A stretch of DNA of 64,000 bases, taken from positions 65,908,001 through 65,972,000 of the forward strand of contig NC_086097.1 of the NCBI RefSeq assembly GCF_963921235.1, in the 5' to 3' direction. Each line of letters begins with the position of its first letter. Position 1 is the stretch's first letter. The notes below the pieces were generated by a model, which saw only the letters and a program-made list of their open reading frames with translations, searched no databases and had not been told where the DNA came from. The DNA comes from Mobula hypostoma. Its lineage: Eukaryota. The position numbers and the translations under genes were made by a program. Of the stretch, positions 47,830 through 58,084 are shown piece after piece.

Positions 47830-48410
47830 AAGAGCCAAGAGGTTACAGCTATTTCGGACCCTGGACAGATCCCACTTGGAGTACTGTGCTCAGTTCTGGT
47901 CATCTCACTACAGGAAGGATGTGGAAACTATAGAAAGGGTGCAGAGGAGATTTACAAGGATGTTGCCTGGATTGGGAAGCATGCCTTATGAGAATAGATT
48001 GAGTGAATTCAGCCTTTTCTCCTTGGAGCAGTGGAGGATGAGAGGTGACCTAATAGAGGTGTATAAGAAGATGAGAGGCATTGATTGTGTGGATAGAAGC
48101 TTTTTCCCAGGACTGAAATGGCTAACACGAGAGGGCACAGTTTTAAGGTGCTTGGAAGTAGGTACAGAGGAGGTGTCAAGGGTAAGTTTTTTACGCAGTG
48201 ACTGGTGAGTGTATGGAATGGCCTGCTGGCGACGGTGGTGGAGGCGGTTACAATAGGGTCTTTTAAGACACTCCTCGATAGGAACATGGATCTTAGAAAA
48301 ATAGAGGGCTAAGGGTAACTCCTAGGTAATTTCTAAAGTAAGTACATGTTCTGCACAGCATTGTGGCCGAAGGACCTGTATTGCGCTGTAGGTTTTCTGT
48401 GTTCTGTGTT
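47830..48410 (+). mobile_element. CR1 3' fragment
   Basis: HLEYCAQFWSSHYRKDVETIERVQRRFTRMLPG; tail ttttctgtgttctgtgtt. Confidence 0.88.
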
Positions 48411-49990
48411 CAATGCTCCAAAGATGAGAGTAGGGCCAGAGAGATGGCATCCATCATGGATCTGTTTCAGCAGTAGGTGCGTTGTAGTGGGTCACATTTG
48501 TGCAGGAGGTTGAAGTTAATACAAACCATGACCAGCCTCTTGAAGCACTTCATGATGTTGAACGTCAGAGTCACCAGGTGACGTTTCCATGTTTTCCTAG
48601 ATACTGGGATAGTAGTGGTCTTCTTAAAGCAGGTGGGAACTTCTGATTGAGACAGGGAGAGGAGGTTAATAATATCTGCAAATACCCCCATCAGCTGATA
48701 TGTGAAGCATTTAAGGACACAACCAGGATCACTATCAGGAGCAGATGCTTTCCGCAGTTCACTCTCTGGAAGGTAGTCTATGGGTTCAGTTGCACTGGAA
48801 ACTGTCAGGACAAGGGGCGGGTGTATTTCAATTACTTTCTGTTCAAACCATGCATAGAGTGTGTTAAATTCATTGGGAAGGAATATTCTGTTGTCCATAA
48901 TACAGTCAGTCCTCCGTACCCGCGGGTTCCGCATCCGCGGATTCAACCAACTGTGGATCGGGATTGGAAAAAAAACCCGGAAGTTCTCTCTCCAGCGCTT
49001 GTTGTTTGAGCACAGATCCTGACGTTAGTATTATTAAGCCTCCTCCAAAGCATCCTTATTCCCTAAACAATACAGTGCAACAACTATTTACATAGCATTT
49101 CCATTGTATTAGTTATTATAAGTACTGTAATCTAGAGATGATTAAAAGTATTACTAGTTGTTTGAGCATTGTTTGCCTCGCGTCTCGTTCATTCGCTTAC
49201 CTGTGTTGTGAGCAAGAGGAAGGAGTTTAAGGCTAGTAAGGGATGGCTGGCTAGCTATGTAAAGCGCTACAGCCTCAAGAACTTAAAGATCACGGGAGAA
49301 TCGGCATCGGCCGATGCCAAGGCAGCATCAGCGTTCCCAGAAGAGCTACAATAGGTGCACCTGTACTGAACATGTACAGACTTTTTTTTCTTATCATTAT
49401 TCCCTAAACAATACAGTAATATTGTACAGTAATAACTATTTACATAGCATTTCCATTGTATTAGGTATTATAAGTAAGCTAGAGATGATTTAAAGTATAC
49501 GGGAGGATGTGCGTAGGTTATATGCAAATACTATGCTATTTTATATATGGGACTTGAGCATCCGCGGAATTTGGTATCCGCGGGGGGTCCCAGAACCAAA
49601 CCCCCGTGGATACGGAGGGCCGACTGTACTGCCCAAATTCATTTTGTAGCCTTTTACAGCATGTAAGCCTTGCCACAATTGATGGTTGGTCTAAGACTCA
49701 GTTTTGAACAGGTATTGTGTCTTGGCATTCCTGAAAGCCTTACAAAGGTCAAATCTCAATTTCTCGTATTGGTTAGGGTCACCTGATTTGAACACCACAG
49801 TCATAGACTTTAATGGGGAGCAGATCCCCTTGTTTATCCATGGCTTCAGTTTGGGAACACGGTCCTCAAAACACTTGTTGATAGACTCCCTGACAGTGGT
49901 AACATACTAATCTAGGCTGGCTGCTGAATCTTTGGACAGGAACCAGTCTACTGACCCAAAGCAGTTGCATTAAAGCTCAACTATTTTCTC
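48411..49990 (-). mobile_element. Degraded Rex1/Babar-type LINE, split by a MITE
   Basis: QSEVPTCFKKTTTIPV, KCFKRLV, DPLQ remnants. Confidence 0.7.
48903..49626 (+). mobile_element. Tigger3/MER2-like non-autonomous DNA transposon
   Basis: TA|CAGTCAGTCCTCCGTACCCGCGG ... CCGTGGATACGGAGGGCCGACTG|TA TIRs; CENP-B HTH remnant FKASKGWL..GESASAD; internal ~100-bp duplication 49057-49152 vs 49397-49498. Confidence 0.88.
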
Positions 49991-50149
49991 AGACCAAAAC
50001 AATACTTAATAAACTTAATAGTTCTGCATCCATAGCTCTCTAAAGTGGAGAATTTCAACAATTCATAACCTTCTAAATCTTCAAATGATATCTCTGATAT
50101 CTTTGATATCTCTGAAAGGAGGTACTCCGTACAAACATATTGCCAATGC

Positions 50150-50500
50150 AACTGAAGATTTAATTGAGGTTTAAAAATTATGAGGAAATTAAACAGGGCG
50201 AAGAAGCTTGACTTAATTCACTAGGCAGAGAACTAGATTACTAGAAGAAATAGAAATAAGTTTATCAATGGAAGGGTTAGAAAGAAGTTTAAGAAAAATG
50301 TCTCTGAATGTATCTCATTACTGAAAGGACGATGGAGGCTGAAGCCCCCTTTGCATTTAAAAAAAGGGTAAGAGTGAAGGGCCATGACATGCAAAGCTGC
50401 TGAAAACAGCTTGGGGATGTGACTAACTCTATTAGCTCAGTTACTGGCTAGTATGGACATGATGGATCAAATGACTGCATTCTACACTACATTCTATGAG
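50150..50500 (+). mobile_element. Very old CR1 3' fragment
   Basis: gaagatttaattgaggtttaaaaattatgagg (DLIEV.KIM) remnant and 3'-end pattern. Confidence 0.5.
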
Positions 50501-51776
50501 TCAATAGCTGTAACTTTCTGGGAAATACCAGAGCATTTATTCCACCCGTATCCAGTCAAAGAACAAATATTAACTCCAATTTTTTAAAATTCCTATCCAA
50601 GTTGACATACGCTGTTTTGAAAAAGTCAGACAATGTTTGTGGAAAGAGCAGAGGAAGTAACATTGCTTCTGACAAAAACCTGAAAGCAAAGGGCACACAC
50701 CCAAAATGTCAGCTCCTCTAATTTCTATACTGATTTTTCTTGACCTTTTGGAGGAATGGAGTAGAGGCCAGGAAGAGAATTATGGTTGTGTGTGGTTACT
50801 GATTTTATATATCATTCGTATTATCAATTGATTTTTTTTCCTTGTTGGTCAGTTAATACTTCATTTTATCTAATAAGTAATGTAGTGTTGTCAGTATTGC
50901 CAAGTAGCAAAGGCGGTCTTCCTGTCACAGACATGTCATTACATTTTCATGAACTTTTGTTACACTTGGAACTCTGTAATTAGATATAATTTTACTTTTT
51001 GTTATTTGATCTTTATATAGTATGCTTAGGAATAACTGCAAATTCATTTCACACTCAAACTAATTCACAGTAGATGCGTGTAACTAGTAAAAACAGGATC
51101 TATTTCCTGTTCTGGGATTATCAAAAAAAAATTCTTTAAAAAATTGCAAATTGGATTGATTCATGCAATCAGATGGATCATCAGCTTTCTGCTGGGTTTA
51201 CAGTCTTGAGCTTCATGCAGGTTTCCCTCTGTTAGTTGAAGAAATTCTGTTGATTGAAGGCAGTGTGGATTTCAGCCTTTATTGAGACTTCTGAAATATG
51301 GAATTAGAACCACATTGGCCAACATTAGCAAACCAAAGTGGAGCTTTGGTTGTGGAATGTAACACCCATTCTCTTGATGATATAGAAGTCAGCCTCCGGA
51401 GGTGTACATACCGAGGAGTTGTTAGTGTGTTGCAATTTAATGACTGAGGTTGGAGTGGCCTTGTTTCCGGGGTAAGGTAGAGTGTACAGTTTCTATTGGT
51501 CCTGTAAATTTATCTCAGCAAATAACCACTTGAAAATGTCCTTTCTGGTATTGTCACCTAGACTCAACAAAATCATTGTTTCAGTGTTTAGTTTCTGAAA
51601 AGAAATGCTTAATATTTCACAATTTACAACCTGCATTTTCAATGCTCCAAGATATTCAGGTGACTTACAAAAGAAAGAATGAAGTAAAGAGCATACAATC
51701 TCACTCATGAAATTGCAACAAATATGCCATACCATTTTCAACGGATATTAAATGTACAAGCAGATAAAGTGCACCA

Positions 51777-52218
51777 TGTTGTTGCATGAATGAAATCACC
51801 GGAGAGAGTTACTGGTAGATACAAAGCAGCTTCTTTATTCGACAAAACCAGGTACAACAGGCATCATACCAAGACGCTTTCAGTGGAAAGGTCTGCTGGC
51901 CCGATGTGGGGCTTGATATTTATTTACTAAACACAAAGGACAATTCCATATTTACAAGTATAGACAATGCTTTCTTTTGAAACTACATGCAAACTTCAAC
52001 ACCTTCTGGTTCACACCCATCCCACAGGCGCCAGCAGTGTCTGGACTGGTATTCACAGCTTTTAGGAAATGCATTGTTACAAATGGACTGGGATTCACAG
52101 CTTTTAGGAAATGCATTGTTACAAACAAAATCCACAGTACATTGCCAGGGAACAGAAGACTGGTGGTCAAAGCCATTTGCTAAATGTAAATGGCCTAAAC
52201 CCAAAAATCACTCTAACA
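51777..52218 (-). repeat. 3' LTR with an internal 42-bp tandem duplication (52042-52125)
   Basis: Minus TGTTAG...CAACAACA, AATAAA at 51839-51834; shares both ends with 56723-57094. Confidence 0.9.
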
Positions 52219-52230
52219 GTCCCTCCTCTT
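52219..52230 (-). other. Polypurine tract
   Basis: AAGAGGAGGGAC directly before the TGTTAG of the 3' LTR. Confidence 0.85.
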
Positions 52231-53189
52231 GGCCCTCCTGGACAAAAATAAATTTGTACCAAGAAAGGCCAACCTAGGAGGATCTACTCAAATAGGGCAG
52301 CAAAGACACCCTGCCTCAAAAATCCCCCCCCAATTTTGTGTGCCTTGATATCTACCCTAGCATTCCCTAATTGCTACCTACCAAATGTTAAGCAGAGAGG
52401 CTGCTCCAGAAATTTGAACAAGTCTTTAGAAATGCGGCTTCCTTCGTGTGCCTGTCCGCTCTTTCCCTACAGGCTGATTGCAGCTTAATCACATTACTTT
52501 CTCTTCACCCCTTCATTCTCTTGTCGCCGAAACTCTCTTTCCAGGAATACCCACAGGCCCTCTCATCAATGTACAGGAAGGGGTTGGGGTGGTTTCTATG
52601 TAAATGTCTGCAAGGACCTCTCCCCGGTGGCACCCCGTTCCGAACTGTCCGGTCAATCACTGGCCCAACTGCTGAAAGGGCCCAGCTCCTCATTCAGACT
52701 GAGGGTGACTGTCTTCAGAAGCCATGTGCAGTCTGAAATGTCATCGAAGAGGTGGAACTTGCTGTCTCTGTTTTAACTTAAAATCCCTTCCCATCTATTT
52801 TCCAATCTTTTCTATTCTATGCTACGAAACTAATCATCTACCTTCAACAACCAGCCTTCATTACAGAGTACCATCATCATCACACTTTAGCATGCTATCC
52901 ACAGATTTCCGTCATGCTCTCAGTGTCTTCTGCCACGCTCTCGGTGTTCTCTGCCTTTGCATTTCCTCCAGGTATGTTTTCATCAGCTGTGGTCAGGTCT
53001 GGCATGGCCGGCTGGTGTTCCTCTCTTAGGGTCTCTTTAATTACATGGTTACAGGGTACGCTTGATCCCCCGCTCTGTCTGTGAGAGCAACAAGAGGGTG
53101 AATCGTATGCTTTAACCTGAGTCCAGTGTTTCCACTGGCTGCCTCACCGAGTCTGCACACAGACACGTGTTATCATTGGTTAAGAGTAC

Positions 53190-53861
53190 TGTAGTGTTCT
53201 CATGCGGTGTGTTGAAACTCTGACTAAACACCAAGTTAAACCGGAGCCAATGAAGACAGCGTCGTAGTAAGGTTAACCATTTACTGTTCACCCTTCCACA
53301 TTAACATCGTATGGTGAAAACTGTTGATAAAAAAATACAAACATATACAGCGTCTGTTTCATTCTGGAGACCACGCGCGCTCTCTTCTTTTAGCGAGTGT
53401 CTCCAGCCGCCCCAAGTAGCGGGCAAGGAGGGGGTTGTGTCAGACCGCCATCAGGCTAGAGCCCACCCCGCGTTTTAAATTGAAAAGCCGGCACATGTGC
53501 CGCCCCAACCGCCGCTTCCTTAACAGAAACCATGTTAATAGTTTTACTTCAAATACATTCTTATGAACTTACGGCGTTGCTTCTATAATGTTTCTTTGTG
53601 GGTAGAAACAGAGCTCTTCACGATCACGCTGCACGCATGGCACCCACCTTCACACCTTCTCCGAACCGGAGGTTACACATAAGACGTGGCGAAACCAAAG
53701 GTGACGTCATCACATGCCACAATATACCATAGTCAATGAATTTACCTTTGTTATACTGTAACTTAATTATCAACCTTTAACTTTAACTAGAAAATAGTTA
53801 CAAACAAATCATTTAAAGCATAGACCCAACAAAGTCAAATAAATGCCTTAAGGGCCACACA
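53190..53861 (-). mobile_element. Unrelated solo LTR inserted in the integrase C-terminus
   Basis: TGTAGTG...CCACACA termini; 5-bp TSD AGTAC/AGCAC (one mismatch); removing it restores WIGPQTVLLTND. Confidence 0.75.
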
Positions 53862-54460
53862 AGCACCGTCTGTGGTCCTATCCACCTGGGGAAAACCCTG
53901 GCCTTTCTGGCAGCACCCTCACCATAACTTGGTCACCGAGCTGTGGAAGGACTATCTCCTTTCCTCTGGCTCTCCCTGATCAGCGATTCGCTGCTGTTGT
54001 TTCACTTGGTCCTTCAACACTTTAAGTTGGTTACAAAGGTCTTTCAGATATTATGTCATTCTATCCCTGTAAGCCCCAGGCTCCCCGCAACCCATAGTTA
54101 CCCCATAAGGGAGTTGCATTGCTCGCTCCATCAATAATTCGTAAGAGTTGAGACCCAACGTGCAGATCGGGGTTGCGCGCAATCTCATCAAGATTCCTGG
54201 TAATAATTCAACCCATGTCTTTCCTGTCTCAGCTATAGTTTTGGCTAACACATTCTTGATTGTTCAGTTCATCCTTTCTACCATCCCTGAACTCTGGGTG
54301 TGGTAGGGTATGCAGAACCGTTGTCGAATCCCTAGCAGTTGGCACATTTCCTTCATCGCTTTCCCTGTGAAGTGTACTCCCTGATCCGGGTCCACCTGAA
54401 CGGGGGTTCCCCACCTTGGGAGGATTTCCTGAACTAGGATCCATGCAGCAGTGCTCACCC
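53862..54460 (-). pseudogene. Integrase core and C-terminal part
   Basis: LVQEILPRWGTPVQVDPDQGVHFTG..IPYHTQSSGMVERMN..TWVELLPGILMRLRATP; one stop codon. Confidence 0.88.
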
Positions 54461-54539
54461 CAACTAGAAAAACGTTATGTTCTGGAGACAAGCCATTCAG
54501 GATTGTTGCAGGGCCCACCACTTTGGGAGGCAATCTCGG

Positions 54540-55240
54540 CCTGGTCTTAAAGGCGGTATAGCCTGTTGTTAATGGACATGATCCACTGGGCTTTACTGGC
54601 CATATAGGCAAGCTAGTAGTGGCTGCAGTCCCTTTGAGTATCCCCTGGTGTTTTTGTTCCCTCGCTATACCCTGAGCAGCAGTCAGTGCGTCAGCTTTTA
54701 TAGGGTACTGCTTCTGGGGTTTATACGGACCCTCCTCTGTTTTAACTAGGTTTACCTTTACTCAGCCACAATCTTGCTTGTGTCTAGCCCACACTGCTGG
54801 GAACTGCTGACAAAGTAACCCATAGACACCATCCTGGCTCCAGTCTCTGGTGATCGGGGCAGCTGCGACTATGCTAGCCAGGTTGTGTATTCTGTTGGTT
54901 GTATGTGTTCGCTGCCCCTGACTTGTCCATATTATTTCTCCCTTTCCCGAATCTGTAACAGCTTCTGCTTCCCTTAGAATGTCTATTCCAAGGATAGTGC
55001 CCTCGATATTTGGACATACCCAGAAATACACTGGAAGCTGCACTCCCCCAATTTCTAGTATTTGCAACTCGCTTCTTTCTGCTTTCACTGTTTTCCCTCC
55101 TACACCCCGAGATAAATGGCCTGTCCGGTTGATGGCAAGGGTAAGTCGGTTATCGATACCGATGTCCCTGTGTCCACTAACATATTGCATTGTCGTCCCC
55201 TTAACGTTGCTATTGTGTATATCTGCGGGTCACCAGCGCT
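54540..55240 (-). pseudogene. Aspartic protease and RT N-terminus, frameshifted; most of RT and RNase H deleted
   Basis: MLVDTGTSVS, TILGIDIL, VWARHKQDCG, QKQYPIK, PIWPVKP.G. Confidence 0.85.
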
Positions 55241-55279
55241 GGCTGTGGGGCCCGCCGCCACATCTTTTTCTGACCTAGG

Positions 55280-56322
55280 AGCCGTCTTTACTAGCTCTTT
55301 AATCTGATCAACAGTCAGATTGGGCACCGATGGGGTGAGGGATTGCGTGTCTGCTGTGATGTTCACCTGTTTTTCTTTCATCTGTTTTGGACACTGCCTC
55401 CAACCATGTCCCAATAGGCCTCATCTGTATCATATCAACTCCTTTACCCTCCCACGTCTATTCCAGCAATTCCCTGCTTCGTGCCCTGGCTGCCGGCAAG
55501 CAAAACAAACCCTCTGGGACATCACAGCAGCTGCATCCGCTATAGCCACTTTACGATCTCTCTTGCACTTTCTTCATTCTATCTCACTGGCCCAGGAAAC
55601 TATCGCAGAGTAGGTCAACCCCACCGTTATGCCTAAATCTAAAACTTCCTGGTGGGCTGAGCTCAGGCCTTCCTTCAGCATTTTCAGGAAGACTGGGTCG
55701 TCCCTCCCTGGATTATCCAACCCTGAATACTCCTCATATGCTCGATATTTACGCTCTGCATAATCCATGGCCGTCTCATCAGCTTTTTGAATTACTGCCA
55801 TTATCGTTCCCCAGTTACTCTCACCTCCCCCCAGTCGCTGCCTCACTTCCCCTTTCAAAAAGCGATATCTTTCTTCATTGCTGGCGTTCCCGATAGTTGC
55901 CCAGGTACCATCCCGCACCCCCGGGCCATCCTGTCCCACATATTCCTCGGGCACTTCACTTTTACCAACACGTGTGTATCTTTAGGGTGCATCTGGTGAA
56001 TTTCAACCATTTCCTCAAGCTTACACCAGTATTCTGAATTCCCACAGGTGACTTTATGTGAGGGCAACTCTGACAAAATGCTCTGTTTCTCCCCGGGTAT
56101 GAAGGGCTTATGAATGGTCATAATCATTGTCAAGGGTTGGCTTGGATCATCGGAGTTCTCAACCCGACGTTGCCTGACCTCAATAGGTACCATCCTGGCA
56201 GATATATCTGGGTAAAACCTCTTCCTGAGATATCTCCACACTAATTCCCACACTATGCAAAATATAAAAGATGGGTACCAGTTAAACAGCACATACTTAA
56301 AATGGCAAAGTATATACTCCAC
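55280..56322 (-). pseudogene. gag with two CCHC knuckles (second one decayed)
   Basis: Q..DE...DYAER motif (MHR-like); CFACRQPGHEAGNC and ..GLLGHGWRQC. Confidence 0.8.
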
Positions 56323-56702
56323 AATCTGCCACTTTTAAGCACCTGAACTCATGATGCCTGCTGTATTCCTTCGCATCACACTTCCAAAACGTGTACACTA
56401 AAATGCAGCCCCCGAACGAATATACATGCCCCCACTCTGGCGTCCCGAACCGTCGGTTACCACCTTTCACAACTGGTGGCTCCGTCTCACCAAGTTAACA
56501 CGCAAAGTTTCCTCATTTACATAAACACACATACACGCACGCACACTACTTTTATATCTACTAGTTCAGCTCTCCGCTTTTGTGATACTTCGCGTTCTCG
56601 TGTACCACCGACCCGAACAGATCCAAGTGTGAGTTCTATTTTAGAAAATACTCACCCACTTAGACTGCTAAGGTTGCTGGCCACACAATGGGTCACAAAG
56701 GT

Positions 56703-56720
56703 ATCCCACTCCTGACACCA
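56703..56720 (-). other. Primer binding site, tRNA-Leu(CAG)
   Basis: TGGTGTCAGGAGTGGGAT, two nucleotides after the LTR end. Confidence 0.88.
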
Positions 56721-56722
56721 AA

Positions 56723-57094
56723 TGTTGTTGCATGAGTGAAGTCACCAGAGAGAGAGTTACTGGTAGATACAAAGCAACTTCTTTATTCTGGGCTTTTAGG
56801 AATCCATTGTTCCAAACGGATCCACAATACATTTATTTGGTATTTTACGTGATTAACATGAAGGACAATCCATATTTACAAAGTATAGATAACGCTGTCG
56901 TCGAAAACTACATGCAAACTTCACACCTTCTGGTTCACATCCATCCCACAGGCGCCAGCAGTGTCTGGACTAGGATTCACAGCTTTTAGGAAATGCATTG
57001 TTACACACTAAATCCACTTTGTCAGGGAACAGAAGACTGGTGGCCAAAGCATTTGCTAAATGTAAATGACCTAAACCCAAAAATCACTCTAACA
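56723..57094 (-). repeat. 5' LTR, composite of two LTR subtypes
   Basis: 57094-56861 matches the U3 side of the 3' LTR; 56858-56790 matches the start of the solo LTR at 13992; 56789-56723 matches the U5 end. Confidence 0.85.
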
Positions 57095-57684
57095 CACCAC
57101 ACCCTCAAATAAAACAAGGTGCCATGTGAGCACAGTTAGCCTGTGTAAGTAGCCTTTAATTAGGAAAGCTGGTGGATTCTATCAGGATGTGAGATATTCA
57201 TGAGCAGAGATGATTGGTTGAGTTAGGAACCTGGTGATTGGAACTGCGTCAGAGTTCGACTAGGGAGATATCAACTATGCCAGTAAAATAACCCAGCCTA
57301 AAATGTGCCATTCTAAATAGATGCAGTTTTAATTTTAAAGATGGATTATTGCATTGCTCCCCAGAAAATCATTCATTTCAAGTTTTTACATTTTACTTTC
57401 AAAGTGTTTGCTTTCAGGAAATGAGCATTTTTTACGTTTATGCACTGGATATGAAAAATCCAAGCAATGCCAGTATTTAATACTCATCCATTATTGCCTT
57501 TCGGAGGGTAGCAGTGAACTGCCTCATTAACCTATTGCATTCCTCCAGTGCAAGTGCTGTTAGTTCCAGACTTTTGCCCAAGTTGACTAAGTAAGAATTT
57601 TTAAATGTTTCTAGGCCAGTATTGTGTGTAGCTGGGTGCGGGGGGGGGGGGGGGGCGGGGGAGGTGTAGGTAGGACTGAGGTAC

Positions 57685-58080
57685 CATAGAGTCATAGAAC
57701 AATACAGCATGAAAACAGGAAACAGGCCCTTTCACCCAACCAGTCTATACCAATCACAGTGTCCACCCAGCTAGTCCCAAATTCCTGCATGTCTTTGAGA
57801 TCCCAATAAGCCTTACTCCTTCATTTACCTATCCAAGTGCTTCTTAAATTATTCTATTGTACCTGCGTCTCCTCTACAGCTTGTTCCATATATTCACCAC
57901 CTTCTGCATGAAAATGTTGCCCCTCTGGTCCCTTTCCAGTCTTTCTCTTCTCACCCTAAATTTATGCCTCTAGCTTTGGACTCCTCTACCCGAGAGAAGA
58001 GATTGCTGCCATCCACACTCTCTATGCCCCTCATGATTTTATGTCACCCCTTAATTTCCCATGGTCCAAGCAATAAAGAG
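57685..58080 (-). mobile_element. Old CR1 3' fragment
   Basis: catagagtcatagaacaatacagcatgaaaacagg..ggccctt 3'-end pattern. Confidence 0.7.
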
Positions 58081-58084
58081 CCTC

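Larger units (their letters stand above)
51777..57094 (-). mobile_element. Retrovirus-like LTR provirus, internally deleted (gag, protease, RT N-terminus, integrase; no env seen)
   Basis: TG..CA LTRs at both ends, 5-bp TSD CACCA (51772-51776, 57095-57099), PBS, PPT, zinc knuckles, DTG protease, integrase core. Confidence 0.9.

Noticed and set aside
51298..51478. ~50-codon ORF (MELEPHW..) followed by a GTAAGG donor-like site
   Set aside because: No recognisable homology and a stop precedes the donor; insufficient support
52042..52125. CRISPR-like repeat
   Set aside because: Two adjacent 42-bp units with no spacer, inside an LTR of eukaryotic DNA
52231..53040. env or accessory gene of the provirus
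   Set aside because: Only short ORFs; no signal peptide, furin site, fusion peptide or transmembrane pattern seen
57639..57665. Poly-G run as a functional G-quadruplex
   Set aside because: Simple homopolymer with no supporting context
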